Assembly (NCBI GenBank): GCA_963514005.1
Contig: OY740787.1
Location: 18,972,001-19,036,000 of the forward strand
From: Raja brachyura
Taxonomy: Eukaryota
DNA: 64,000 bases
Reading direction: 5' to 3'
Shown here: one piece after another, positions 22,258-35,786 of the stretch
Layout of the letters: every line of letters starts with the position of its first letter
Position numbering within the stretch: position 1 is the first letter of the stretch
Made by a program: the position numbers and the translations under genes
The notes under the pieces: generated by a model
What the model was told of the DNA's origin: nothing
Databases searched by the model: none
The model's input: only the letters and a program-made list of their open reading frames with translations

Positions 22258-24297
22258 TTCAGGGATAGTATAAAAACAAAAGATGAGGCATACAAACTTG
22301 CCAGAAAAAGCAGCCTACCGGAGGACTGGGAGAAATTCAGAATCCAGCAAAGGAGGACAAAGAGCTTAATTAGGAAAGGGAAAATAGATTATGAAAGGAA
22401 ACTGGCAGGGAACATAAAAACTGACTGCAAAAGTTTTTATAGATATGTGAAGAGAAAGAGACTAGTTAAAACAAATGTTGGTCCCTTGCAGTCAGAAACA
22501 GGTGAATTGATCATGGGGAACAAGGACATGGCAGACCAATTGAATAACTACTTTGGTTCTGTCTTCACTAAGGAAGACATAAATAATCTGCCGTGGATAG
22601 CAGTGGAACGGGGGTCAAATAAATAGCAGTGGAACGGGGGTCAAATAAGATGGAGGAACTGAGTGAAATCCAGGTTAGCCGGGAGGTGGTGTTGGGTAAA
22701 TTGAACGGATTGAAGGCCGATAAATCCCCAGGGCCAGATAGTCTGCATCCCAGAGTACTCAAGGAGGTAGCCACAGAAATAGTGGATGCATTAGTGATAA
22801 TTTTTCAAAATTCCTTAGATTCTGGAGTAGTTCCTGAGGATTGGAGGGTAGCTAATGTAACCCCACTTTTTAAAAAAGTAGGGAGAGAGAAAGTGGGGAA
22901 TTACAGACCAGTTGGTCTAACATCGGTAGTGGAGAAACTGCTAGAGTCAGTTATTAAAGATGGGATAGCAGCGCATTTGTAAAGTGGTGAAATCATTGGA
23001 CAAAGTCAGCATGGATTTACGAAAGGTAAATCATGTCTGACAAATCTGATAGAATTTTTCGAGGATGTAACTAGTAGAGTGGATAAGGGAGAACCAGTGG
23101 ATGTGTTATATCTAGACTTTCAGAAGGCTTTCGACAAGGTCCCGCATAAGAGATTAGCATACAAACTTAAAGCATACGGTATTGGGGATTCAGTATTGAT
23201 GTGGATAGAGAACTGGCTAGCAGACAGGAGGCAAAGGGTAGGAGTAAACGGGTCCTTTTCAGAATGGCAGGCAGTGACTAGTGGGGTGCCGCAAGGCTCA
23301 GTGCTGGGACCCCAGCTATTTACAATATATATTAATGATTTGGACGAGGGAATTCAATGCAACATCTCCAAATTTGCAGATGACACCAAGCTGGGGTGTA
23401 TAGTTAGGTGTGAGGAGGATGCCTGGAGGCTGGAGGGTGATTTGGATAGGCTGAGTGAATGGGCAGATGCATGGCAGATGCAGTATAATGTGGATAAATG
23501 TGAGGTTATCCACTTTGGTGGCAAAAACATGAGGGTAGACTATTATCTGAATGGTGGCAGATTAGGAAAAGGGGAGATACAACGAGACCTGGGTGTCATG
23601 GTACACCAGTCATTGAAAGTAGGCATGCAGGTGTAGCAGGCAGTGAAGAAAGCAAATGGTATGTTAGCATTCATAGCGAAAGGATTTGAGTATAGGAGCA
23701 GGGAGGTTCTACTGCAGTTGTACAGGGTTTTGGTGAGGCCACACCTGGAGTATTGCATACAGTTTTGGTCTCCAAATCTGAGGAAAGACATCCTTGCCAT
23801 AGAGGGAGTACAGAGAAGATTCATCAGACTGATTCCTGGGATGTCAGGACTTTCATATGAGGAAAGATTGGATAGACTCGGCTTGTACTCGCTGGAATTC
23901 AGAAGATTGAGGGGGGATCTTATAGAAACGTACAAAATTCTTAAGGGGTTGGACAAGCTAGATGCTGGAAGATTGTTCCCGATGTTGGGGGAGTCCAGAA
24001 CAAGGGGTCACAGTCTAAGGATAAGGGGGAATTCCTTTGGGACCGAGATGAGGAAAACATTCTTTACACAGAGAGTGGTGAGTCTCTGGAATTCTCTGCC
24101 ACAGACGGTAGTTGAGGCCAGTTCATTGGCTATATTTAAGAGGGCACTTGTGGCTAAAGGGATCAGGGGGTATGGAGAGAAGGCAGGTACGGGATACTGA
24201 GTTGGATGATCAGCCATGATCACATTGAATGGCGGTGCAGGCTCGAAGGGCCGAATGGCCTACTCCTGCACCTATTTTTCTATGTTTCTATGTTTCT
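22258..24297 (+). mobile_element. Young CR1 LINE, about 2 kb, with a full RT domain broken by nonsense mutations
   Basis: ORFs 22629..22982, 23079..23636 and 23643..24200 carry KSPGPD, NYRPV, YLDFQKAFDKV, GVPQGSVLGP and FADDTK. Tail (TTTCTATG)n. Confidence 0.95.
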
Positions 24298-24862
24298 AAG
24301 GCATATTGTATGCTTGCCTTCATTGGCAAGTCAGGAAATCATGGTACAGCTCTATAGGACTATAGAAAAGCCGCATTTGGAGTATCATGTGCAGATTTGG
24401 GCGCCCCATTACAGGAAAGATATGGAGGCTTTGGAAAGTGCAGAAGAGGTTTACCAGAATGATGCCTGGATTAGAGGGTATTAATTGTAAGGATTGGTTG
24501 GACAGACTTGGATTGCTTTCTCTGGTATGCTGGAGGAGAAGCATATAAAATTATGAAAGGCACAAATAGGGCAGACTGTCAGAACCTTTTACCCCAGGGT
24601 GGAAATATCAAAGACTAAAAAGGAATAACTCAGGTGAGATAAGTGCCTGGAATGCGCTGCCATGGGTGGTTGTTGAGGTTGTGGAGGCAGATGGGTGGTT
24701 GTGGTGGCATTTAAGAGACTTTTGGATAGGCACATGGATATGCAGGGAATGGAGGGATATGGATCATATGCATGTAGTAGAGGTTAGTTTACCTTGGCAT
24801 CATGTTTGGCACAAACATTGTGGGTTGAAAGGTTTGTTTCTGTGCTGTTCTATATTCTATTA
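24298..24862 (+). mobile_element. Older CR1 subfamily 3' fragment; its 5' stub at about 22220-22248 is separated by the young CR1
   Basis: KPHLEYHVQIWAPHYRKDMEALE. The sequence ...GGTAGATAGACTGGTTAAG continues as AAGGCATATTGTATGCTTGCCTTCATTGG. Confidence 0.75.
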
Positions 24863-25424
24863 ACCTTCCATAATCATGAGTTCAGAGCACATATGTGGCA
24901 AACATCTGTGCTGCAAATTCATGATTATGTTGGGTAAAATTGAAAATTAGATAAATTTAGTTTGCTAGCATTCATTCTAGTGTATAAAAAAAGCAAATTA
25001 CGATTACTTAGGGATTAACTGAATATGACTCTGGAGGTAAAAGTGGCATTTTCAGAAAAGCTAAGCAAGGTGTTCATGCGTGAAATATTTTCTTTGAGAA
25101 TGATAATGCTTAATGAAGGAATAAGTTGTAGAAGTAAATAACTGAAGCACATCTTGACTGAAGCACATCTTGAATGAAGCACCTCAAGGAACAGCATCTA
25201 TACACATTGCAAACCCTACAATGTCACTCAGACCGTACAACATTTGCAACACATTACACAATCAAAGGAGCTTAACTCTCTATTTAATGGTACTATTATT
25301 GCAACCTATTATAAACATCTCTTGGTGTTCCACCCTTTACCAACCTCCATCTTTTCACTACCTGGACCAAGTTGCTTTCTCTCTAAATCAGTGCTGATGA
25401 AAGTGCTTCCATCTGAAACATGGA

Positions 25425-27572
25425 CATGGTTCAACGACATCAAGCCCTGGTTCACTGCAGAACTCAGACAGCTCCGGCGGTCTAAAGAGGAGGCCTACAG
25501 GAGCGGCGATGCAGACCTCTGCAGGCAGGCCAAGTACAAGCTGAGAAGAGGAATCAGAGCTGCCAAGGAAAAGTACTCTGAGATGTTGAGGAGCAAGTTC
25601 TCAGCTAGTGACTCTTCTTCAGTTTGGAAGGGCTTGCAGGAAATTACAAGAGGAAAGCCCCCCGCTCTTTGGACAATCGTCAGCTGACCAACGACCTGAA
25701 TGAGTTTTACTGCAGGTTTGAAAATCAGAAACGTAACCCTGGTACCCCCTCCCCAACCAATACAGCCAGACCCCAGTCTACAAAGATCCTGCACCCTCTC
25801 CTTCCCATTCACCACTTCACACCTACTTAAGGCAAGACTCCAGTATGAAAAGACTGGTCCATTTCCCACCCCAACCGACACTTCACACCCACTCACAGCC
25901 TGACCTCAGTCTGCAAAGACTGTGCCTTTCTACACCTACCCCCCTCCAATCACCACTTCACACCCAATCATCCACATAACTTATCCAATATTAACAATAA
26001 AAATAGAGGTGAGAAAAAGCCTCTCGCTTTTCAGAGGACAAAAGAGCCGAAATCTCCAGGACCTGACAATGTTTCCACCTCAACTCTTAAGCTCTGTGCC
26101 AAACAGCCGGCACAGATCTATACAGACATTTTTAACCAGTCCCTGCACACATGTACTGTCCCTGCCTGCTTCAAAGTCTCCACTATTGTTCCTGTACCCA
26201 AAAAGACGAGGATTACTTGTCTTAATGACTACAGGCCTGTCACACTGACCTCTGTAGTCACGAAGACACTCGAAAGGCTTGTGCTGGCCAAGCTGAAAAA
26301 TATCACAAACTCCCTGCTGGACCCTCTGCAGTTTGCATATCAGGCCAATAGGTCTGTGGATGATGCAGTCAACCTGGGCCTGCACTTCATCCTAAAGCAC
26401 CTGGACCATCAGGGGACCTATGCGAGGATCCCGTTTGTTGATTTTAGCTCTGCATTCAACACCGTTATGCCAGAGCTACTACACTCCAAACTTTCTGAGT
26501 TGACTGTGCCTGAATCCCTCTGTCAGTGGATCACCAACTTCCTGACAGAGAGGAAGCAGCATGTGAGGCTGGGAAAGCACATCTCGGACCCGCAAACACA
26601 TCTAGGAGCACAGCAAGGATGCGTACTCTCTCCTCTCTCTACACCAACGACCGCACCTCCACAAACACCTCTGTCAAGCTTCTCGAGGTTGCGGACGGCA
26701 CAACCCTGATTGGACTGATCCAGGATGGCGAGGAATCTGCCTACAGACAGGAAGTGTCACAGCTGGCTTCCTGGTGCCATAGCAAAAACCTAGAGCTCAA
26801 TGCTCTTAAGACAGTGGAATTGATTGTAGACTTTTGGAGAGCTCCCCCTCCCCTCACCATCAACAACACCACAGTTACATCTTTGGAGTCTTTTAAGTTC
26901 TTGGGAACCATCATCTCCAAGGACCTTGTGCGGGGGGCTACCATCGACTCCACAGTCAAAAAGGCACAACAGAGGATGTACTTCCTGCGGCAGCTGAGGA
27001 AGCACAATCTGCCACAGGCAATGATGGTCCAATTCTACACTGCCAACGTAGAGTCTGTTTTCACCTTCTCCATCATGGTCTTGTCTGGTTTGGCTCAGCC
27101 ACCAAGCACGACACCTGGAGGCTGCAGCAAATCGTCCGAACAGCAGAGAAGATTATTGGCTGCAACCTTCGCTCCATTGATGAACTGTACACTGCAAGGG
27201 CCATGAAGCGAGCGGGCAAGATCATCTCTGACCCCTCTCACCCTGGCCACAAATTCTTCGAATCACTTCCCTCTGGAAGGCGACTCCGGCTGTCAAAGCT
27301 GCCACAGCCAGACATAGAAACAGTTTTTATCCACGAGTAGTTGCTCTACTCAACAGCCAAAAATCTGTAGCCTCCCTTTGATCTGGTATTTTGTTGGTTC
27401 ACATGCTTGATCAATGATGTTTTATCATTAATGTTTTATTATTATTATTATTATTAATGTTTAGTGTTTTCTGAGTCATTCGTAACTGTCACTGCATGTC
27501 ATATTGTTACTTGTGGGTGGAGCACCAAGGCAAATTCCTTGTATGTGAATACTTGGCCAATAAACGTACTTA
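25425..27572 (+). mobile_element. Rex1/Babar-type non-LTR retrotransposon, 5'-truncated and frameshifted
   Basis: KPWFTAELRQL, LDPLQFAYQANRSVDDA, FVDFSSAFNT, QGCVLSP, KTVELIVDF, FKFLG and AQQRMYFLRQLRK. The 3' tail contains AATAAA. Confidence 0.88.
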
Positions 27573-27818
27573 CATAGAAACATAGAAACATAGAAAATAG
27601 GTGCAGGAGTAGGCCATTCGGCCCTTCGAGCCTGCACCGCCATTCAATGTGATCATGGCTGATCATCCAACTCAGTATCCCGTACCTGCCTTCTCTCCAT
27701 ACCCCCTGATCCCTTTCGCCACAAGTGCCACATCTAACGCCCTCTTAAATATAGCCAATGAACTGGCCTCAACTACCTTCTGTGGCAGAGAATTCCAGAG
27801 ACTCACCACTCTCTGTGT
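27573..27818 (-). mobile_element. Short 3' fragment of the young CR1
   Basis: Nearly identical to 3648-3885 and carries the (CATAGAAA)n tail. Confidence 0.92.
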
Positions 27819-28315
27819 TACATTCTGTTTCTTTTTGCACAAATATTGGCTGAGTTCTGCCAGCATTTTTTTTGTTTAATTTCTTTTATTAGAAGTAATC
27901 AATTTACAATATTGTAAACAGTTTTGCAAACATCAACTTAATTCCAAAATTTTAAATAACCCATTGAAAGATATTATCTTCTATTTTTTAGGAAAAAAAG
28001 ATAGAGATAGAGTAGTTTTAAATCAATAAGAGTGTGATTAAATAATAATTTGATTATATAAAAGAGAAAAAGAAAATAGAAAAAGAAAATAAAGTTACCA
28101 GAAAAATAAAAAAATATTATATATATATATATAAATGAAAAACAACCAAATATGTTTTATCTAAAACTATTACAAATAATAGTATCAATGAAGACATGCT
28201 TATTAATCCTAGTATAAGAATATGTTAATCTCATCAAGTCCCGCAGTTCTGCCAGCATTTTATGATTTATTTTATCAATACAGTAATTGCAAGATGAGCT
28301 GAGTTAATTACTTAC

Positions 28316-28530
28316 CTGAAAGTTTTGAAAAAAACATGACATGGGGTTGAGAGGGTTGCTTGGGCCTGAAAGCGAAGTGTGATTCTGAAACTCCTGGAGA
28401 CCCTGAGTCCCTTGCAGACTTTGTAGAAGTTGATGATGAGTCTGTGGAAGCATCTGATTACTGTTGAGCAAAGTCTGGAGATGGCTTAATTGTGGGTTGT
28501 TGATACTATTATTGAATAAAGGTACATCAC
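28316..28530 (-). CDS. MBD5: MBD5 coding exon (215 bp)
   Basis: Acceptor atatccag|GT, donor CAG|GTAAGT, phase 1 to 0. Translates GDVPLFNNSINNPQLSHLQTLLNSNQMLP...NPMSCFFQNFQ, resembling MBD5 [29 protein letters not shown]...NPMACLFQNFQ. Absent from the ORF track. Confidence 0.92.
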
Positions 28531-30189
28531 CTGGATATAACGATAAAAGACAAATGAAAGTGCATCAGTGGTGTAAACTGCAACTTCTGCTCCACAATCC
28601 CAAAATAAACATATATAATCAAACACAGAAAAAGTTAAAAAGTTCAGTTTTGCAATAACAAGAGAGAAAGCTTTAAAAATACATAATAGATTTGTTACCC
28701 ATGTTTGCTGGGAAGCTGTATTAACCGATCATAATTTCAGCAAAACAAAAAAGATAATTTCTATGTATATAGGTTAGCCACCAATATGAAAAAAACACAT
28801 ACGAATAACATCTTTCATGGATTCAATATATCCAGAGCACTAAACCAAGTACATAGTATCTACCCAATTATGAACTGAATTCACTGCATTTTTTTTTGCT
28901 TCATAGAGGCTAGTATCTACCATCAAGTTAATTGGAAATTGCACGTTAATTTTTCAATAGGTTTAAAGAACATACTTCCAGTATTGTTTCCTGTGATTGG
29001 CTTGAAGGGATTGTGTTGCTAGACCTAAAATGGGCAACTTAGAATGGGTGTTGCTGATTCGACATCTCTGAAGACATTAAGGTATTAAACAATAATTCTT
29101 GGACAAATGTGAAAGAACAGGTATAATACCCCGAAAGCTCATTTAAAAAAAAATCGGAACATAAATGAGGAACATTAACTTTAACAAACTGACATAAAGT
29201 CATTAAGATTGAGCGCATTTCATTCACTGAGTGTATTTAATCCCCATCAGAAATGTTAAAAAAATTCCAAACTCGTTCAAATGGGCACTTGATCTAGTTA
29301 CTATTAAAAATGATAGCCATTGTTGCTCAAGTGCAGTGATCCAGGTTCTTAGTAAAACTAAAAAGTTGCAAAATATTTATGGAAACCTTTACGAGCAAAT
29401 TTATAAAAGATTCCAGCCCAATTAAAATACTCCCCAAAATACCAATTATACTTGGTAACTGGTATTTGGAAAATAATAAAAAAAGGTTTCAATGGGACAA
29501 TAGTGAATTTTCAGCTTAATTCACATTATATCACACAGTGCCTCTTAAATCAGATGAATGAAAATTCAGGAAGATCCTGTGGTGCATCCAAAGAACCAAT
29601 TTTAAAACAACTGTTCTCTGATCATAATTTATTAATAAATTTCAATAAATTAATCAAAAGAGGAGGCTGTTTCTCATGGTAGACGAGTTAACAATCAAAT
29701 GTCACTGGGGCAAGAATGATAGTTTAGGCAAGGAGAATTTTCTTTATGCAGCATATTATGAAGGCTAGGAAGGAAGTGTCTAAAAGCATACAGTTTTAAG
29801 AGATATTCAACCTACACTTCAGATGATGCCTAAAACAAATATCTTGGAGGGACAAGATAAAATATCTTATTTCCTTTGCTTTTGCATTCATTTTATAAAG
29901 ATGGGAAGCGAGGAAACCATTTATCTTTTACGGTCATGTTTCCCCAAAGTGAATACTTATAACTGGGTATTCATAACCAGACACTATTCAAAGTGAGATT
30001 GTACAAAAATTCAAATACAACCAAAGCCTATGTTCTCAGTACTGCTTTACACAGACTTGGTAACTTAACTGCTGTCTACAGACTTGACGTGTTAACTACA
30101 TTCTTTGTAATTTTGTCTAATCAATCTTCCATTCACATTTACTGCTTATCCAAATGACTTTTTAAGGCCATTACAGTGTTCAATGGTGT

Positions 30190-31589
30190 TCACAAACAAT
30201 CTTCCTGATGTACTAGTGGCCAGAGGATCTGGGGTGACGGAGGAACTGAAGGAAATCCACTTTAGGCAGGAAATGGTGTTGGGTGGACTGATGGGACTTA
30301 AGGCTGATAAATCCCCAGGGCCTGATGGTCTGCATCCCAGGGTACCCAAGGAAGTGGCTCTAGAAATTGTGGACGCATTGGTGATAATGTTCCAATGTTC
30401 TATAGATTGAGGATCAGTTCCTGTGGATTGGAGGGTAGCTAATGTTATCCCACTTTTTAAGAAAGGTGGGAGAGGGAAAACAGGGAATTATAGACCAGTT
30501 AGCCTGGCGCCAGTGGTGGGGAAGATGCTGGAGTCAATCATAAAAGATGAAATAGCGGCACATTTGGATAGCGGTAACAGGATTGGTCCGAGTCAGCATG
30601 GATTTATGAAGGGGAAATCATGCTTGACTAATCTTTTGAGGATGTAACTAGGAAAATGGACAAGGGAGAGCCAGTGGATGTAATGTACCTGAAATTTCAG
30701 AAAGCATTTGATAAGCTCCCACATTGGAGATTGGTGGGCAAAGTTAGGGCGACTTGGACAGGTTGGGTGAGTGAGCAGATGCAGTTTAATGTGGATAAAT
30801 GTGAGGTTATCCACTTTGGTAGCAAAACCAGGAAGGCAGATTATTATCTAAATGGTGTCAAGTTGGGAAAAGGGGAAGTACAACGAGATTTGGGGGTCCT
30901 TGTTCATCAGACAATGAAAGTAAGCATGCAGGTACAGCAGGCAGTGAAGAAAGTAAATGACATGTTGGCCTTCATAACAAGAGGAGTTGAGTATAGGAAC
31001 AAAGAGGTCCTTCTGTAGTTGTATAGGGCCCTAGTGAGACCACACCTGGAGTATTGTGTGCAGTTTTGGTCCCCTAATTTGAGTAAGGACATTATTGCTA
31101 TTGAGGGAGTGCAGCGTAGGTTTACAAGGTTAATTCCCGGGATGGAGGGACTATCATATGCTGAGAGAATGGACCAGCTGGGCTTGTATACGCTAGAGTT
31201 TAGAAGGATGAGAGGGGATCTTATTGAAACATATAAGATGATTAAGGGTTTGGCCACGCTAGAGGCAGGAAACATGTTTCCGATGTTCGGGGAGTCCAGA
31301 AGCAGGGGCCACTGTTTAAGAATAAGGGGTAAGCTATTTTGAACGGAGACGAGAAAACACTTTTTCACACAGAGAGTTGTGAGTCGGTGGAATTCTCTGC
31401 CTCAGATGGCGGTGGAGGCCGGTTCCCTGGATACTTTCAAGAGAGAGCTATCAAAAGATAGCGGAGTCAGGGAATATGGGGAGAAGGCAGGAAGGGGATA
31501 CTGATTGGGGATGATCAGCCATGATCACATTGAATGGCGGTGCTGGCTCGAAGGGCCAAATGGCCTACTCCTGCACCTATTGTCTATTG
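30190..31589 (+). mobile_element. CR1 LINE of a second subfamily with an internal deletion
   Basis: ORFs 30183..31342 carry KSPGPDG, NYRPVSL and RPHLEYCVQFWSP. The PQGSVLGP/FADD region is missing. Confidence 0.9.
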
Positions 31590-34500
31590 GTTCTCTGGGA
31601 ACTTTCCATGTGGCCGCTTACTGGAATGTTTTGTTCAATTTTCGCTAATACAGATCTAATTTAGCTTCTTAAATGAGGCAGTCCTCAAATTTCCATGAAT
31701 TAGTACCTCAATCAACTCAGATGTTGCCACATTAAACAGTATCAGCTATTTGTAAAATAACTTGCATTTCAAATCGGCACAAACCCCATTCAATTTCTCC
31801 TTACTTCCGAAACATGCTCTAAGTTTTAATCATCTAACACGTCACTGCAATATTTATGCATTATATTGAGGGAGACAGGTAAGGATATTTAACAGGAAGG
31901 TTCTCCAATACCTTAGATACTTTGAAAACTCCTATTTGATTTGATAGCTTACTCAAAAAAAACCCTTAAATGGACTCGGGTTATGTTGAGAGGGAAAGAT
32001 AGATTGAATGGCTTAACAGACTTGATGGGCTGAATGGCCTAGTTCTGCTCCTACAACCTATGCTCGACATCAGTGCAAGGAAAATATAAACTCAAAACTA
32101 TAGGAAATTAACAGAAGTGATAAATGTCAATCTGGAACTGTTGGAAGAGAAAGAACTGGAGAGGCTTTTAAGATGTGTTATGTTTGATTAGGGATCCGAA
32201 AGAGTGAAAGGGCAACAACATGTTATAGAAGGGCAGCATGGATTTGGATGAGTTGATTTAAAGGAAGCAGAGGATTGGGAGGCCAGCCAGTAGTACAGAT
32301 GTAGATTCAAATCCGATGACGACAAAAGTACAGATAAGGATTTCAGCAGATGGGCCGATGAAGGTATAATAGCAAATACATGCTCACAAAACACACAAAG
32401 GTAGACAAAAAAGCTGGAGAAACTCAGTGGGTGGGTTTCACAATACACACAAGTCTTTGTGAAGGAATAGGTCAGAAATTCATCTGAAATAGAATGCAAA
32501 TACTGTGGACAAGTTCAAATGAGCCTGAAATGATGTCTTGGTCCAAAGAAATGGATGAATCTTGTAACAGAATCTTGGTTTAACAGAAAATAGAGTTCAT
32601 GCAGGAATATCAGACAAGCACCTGGACAATGAGACAGTGCACCAGTCTAGTGCTAACAGTATGTTATTGAGTACTCAAGATACAATGAAGAAAAACTGTT
32701 TGTGCTCTATCCAAATAAATCATACCATGCATGAATACATCAGGTAAAGGAAGAGAAAATAAACAGTACAGAATATAGTCTTACAACTCTAGAGAAGGTT
32801 CAGATAAAGAAAAGGGCTGTAATTAAGTAGATTGGAAGATTGGGAATTCATCTTGAGCAGATGAGTTATCTGTTAAGAGTCTGATAAAGGCAGGACAGGT
32901 GGTATTCATGAGGTAATAGAGTTACTAAGGGACAGTTTGTACATGGCCAGCAGTGGTAGATAGAGAACAGACCTTCATATGCTAAATGCACAAAGGATGT
33001 TTTTCCGTGGCTGATATATATATTTTGAGAATAAGGGGTGACTACTTGAGACCGAGTAGTCCAACTGATCTTCACTCAGAGTGAATCTTTGGAACTCTAC
33101 ACTGGAAGCTCAGTCATTATGTTAATTCCGAGCAGAGATTTCTGGGCATGAGAGCAAATTGACGGATATGGACATGGCACAGGAAAATGGTACTGATATA
33201 GAAGATCACCACCAATCTTGAATAATGGCAGAGAAGGTTCAAAGAGTTGTTTGGCCGACTCCTAGTTATTATGTTCTAAGTTATCTTTACAGGACCCAAA
33301 GTATTATGCAAAAACAGAAGAGAAGCCAATTTTTAAGTAGTTCTGGGTATGAAAGTTGAAATAAAAACATAGAAAGGTCTATTAAGCTGGACAAAATTGG
33401 AAGATTATTAGATAATGATGCTTATTGATATGTCAAGATCAGGTCAAAGGCCAATGGGTGATATTCTGATATGATCGTTTAGGGTACTGATTTTGACTGG
33501 TTAACACTGTTTAATTTCTATGACCATTGTAGAAACCTAATAGGGAAGATTTTATTTAGTTGTGATGAATGTCAGCAGATTGAGGGGCAACATCATATTC
33601 AAATATTTTGGAGGGGAGATTTGTGTTTGAATCAGGCAGATATTTTCATAGACAGGATTCAAAGGTTTTAACAGAGGTAAAGATTTGAGTGCATTAATTG
33701 CACATTGAAAATGAAATGAGCTTAGACAGAGGAAAATTCCGGTAGAAGGAAAAAAGGCTTGATAGAAACTTGGTTTGCTTAATCTTGGAATATGCAGTAA
33801 ACGCAGAGGAGAATGAACTAATATAGTCCAGTCAGATCTAATAGCTAAATCAAGCAAGCAATGCACAAGACTACTTTTTTTTGAGTTTGAGTGACCAAAA
33901 TGGGGACTGTATTCCAGAGACTGAACAGAATAGGAGAGAATTTATGGCAAGAGTCAAGAGTGGTTTTGCAGGATTTGAATCATCAAGCTTCTGAGCAGAA
34001 AGTTAAGGGGGCATTTACATTTATTTCAAAATATCAATGTAAAGACAAGGAATAAGAGTTTTACTGATGATAATTTGAAGACAATATATAGGTCTGTTAC
34101 TTATATGTAGAGAGCTGTAACAATCAGATAAGCAAACAATAAGAGCAAATCAATCAATCAAGACCAAAAGTGGTGTTTTGAAAGTATGTTTTTTCCCCCC
34201 AAAGGTCAATGATATAGAGAGCATGGTAAGAAGTATCCAAATTCTACAGCTGGTGCTTAGCAGTACCAAGGTTTGGTTTACAGCCGAGTTGAATCCAACT
34301 GGAACAGAGTAGGGACAATGTAAAAAACATGAATGCAGTAGGCCACCATCAAAAGCTTCTGCAAAGTGTTGCCTCAAGACGACAGCTGCAAAGATAACCC
34401 CTAGTTGAGTTTGACACAAATATCTAAAACTTGATAAAACTCAACCATACATAATTCCACATCTATAAATGCAATTAAATGTTTCACTAGCTTTTGTCAT

Positions 34501-34741
34501 TTTCTTTTTAATACCGCTGAATGTAGACTATCCATATGAGTCACGGCGTCCACTTTTAACAGATTCATATATACTGTTTACAAGTCTTTTAATTTCACAC
34601 TATCTAACTCCACCTCTGTTGTGCTGTGAAAATTGTTATCTGCTTCCAGCAAATCTTCTTCCTCCTCTTGTTGAGAGCTATTAGTTTTAGAGGGCAAATT
34701 ATCATGTAAGGTTCCAGATTGTATGTATTTGTGTGTGTATA

Positions 34742-34947
34742 TATGAGAGTGTCATTTGACTTCATGTCAGCCTTTCAATAAGATCATGGTTGATTTATCT
34801 ATTTACACACACACATATACATACGCACATACACAAATATACATACATATACACATGCATACACATATATATGTATGTGTGTGTAAATAAATAAATCAAC
34901 CATGATCTTATTGAAAGGCTGGCATGAGGTTAAATGGCTCTCTCATA
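34742..34947. repeat. Inverted repeat (arms about 75 bp) around a (CA/TA)n microsatellite
   Basis: CAGCCTTTCAATAAGATCATGGTTGATTTAT...ATAAATCAACCATGATCTTATTGAAAGGCTG. The arms resemble a CR1 3' tail. Confidence 0.8.
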
Positions 34948-35346
34948 CTTCTGCTTATTATGCCTTTATGACAGAATAATGAACAATACAGAGAGATGGA
35001 TCTTGAGACCATGTCCAGTTCTCTGAAGGTAGCAGTTAAAAAGTGGTAAAGCAGCAGACAAAATGTTTGCCTTTATTAACCAAGACATAGTACACAAGAG
35101 CAGGGAATCCAAAGTATAATATAGCATACGTGCCAATGTATGACCAATATATATAGCTCTGGTCACCATACTGCAGAAAGAATGCAATAATATAATAAAG
35201 GGTGCAGCTTCCATTAGAAGCGGAGAACTAGTCATAAGCAAAGAGTGATTGGGCTTGGGTTCATTTCTTTGGAGGCAAGGAGCAATTGAATTAAGTTGAC
35301 AGGAAGGGTGCAATTATTTTAGATGAAGAAAAATAATAAAGTTAGT

Positions 35347-35472
35347 TAGTCTGAAGAAGGGTCTCGACCCGAAACATTGCCTATTTCCTTTGCTCCATAG
35401 ATGTTGCCTCACCCGCTGAGTTTCTCCTGCATTTTTGTCTACCTTTGATTTTCCAACATCTGCAGTTCCTTA
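35347..35472 (+). mobile_element. Stand-alone Penelope 3' hammerhead unit
   Basis: CTGAAGAAGGGTCTCGACCCGAAACATT followed by AGATGTTGCCTCACCCGCTGAG...CATCTGCAGTTCCTT. Confidence 0.8.
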
Positions 35473-35786
35473 GTAAACAATAATGAAGGGATAGATTTAA
35501 GAAAAAATAGTTTTTTTCTATTTTTTAGGTTCCTGCAAATAGTGATGAGGAAATAGAAAGTAATGCCCCAAAATGATGGTGAAAATAGAAATTCTCAACA
35601 TGCTTGTCATAACCTGCAACGGTTACCAACCATACTATGGGGATATGGGAAAGTCTAAACACCTGTTTTTGACTTCCACGGATATATGCTGTAAAGCTCC
35701 TCTTTTGCCACATCTATTTATTAATTAACAAGGATTGATTTGGAAACCACAAAACAAATGTAGGTACAGGTAGTTCTGCTATAGTT

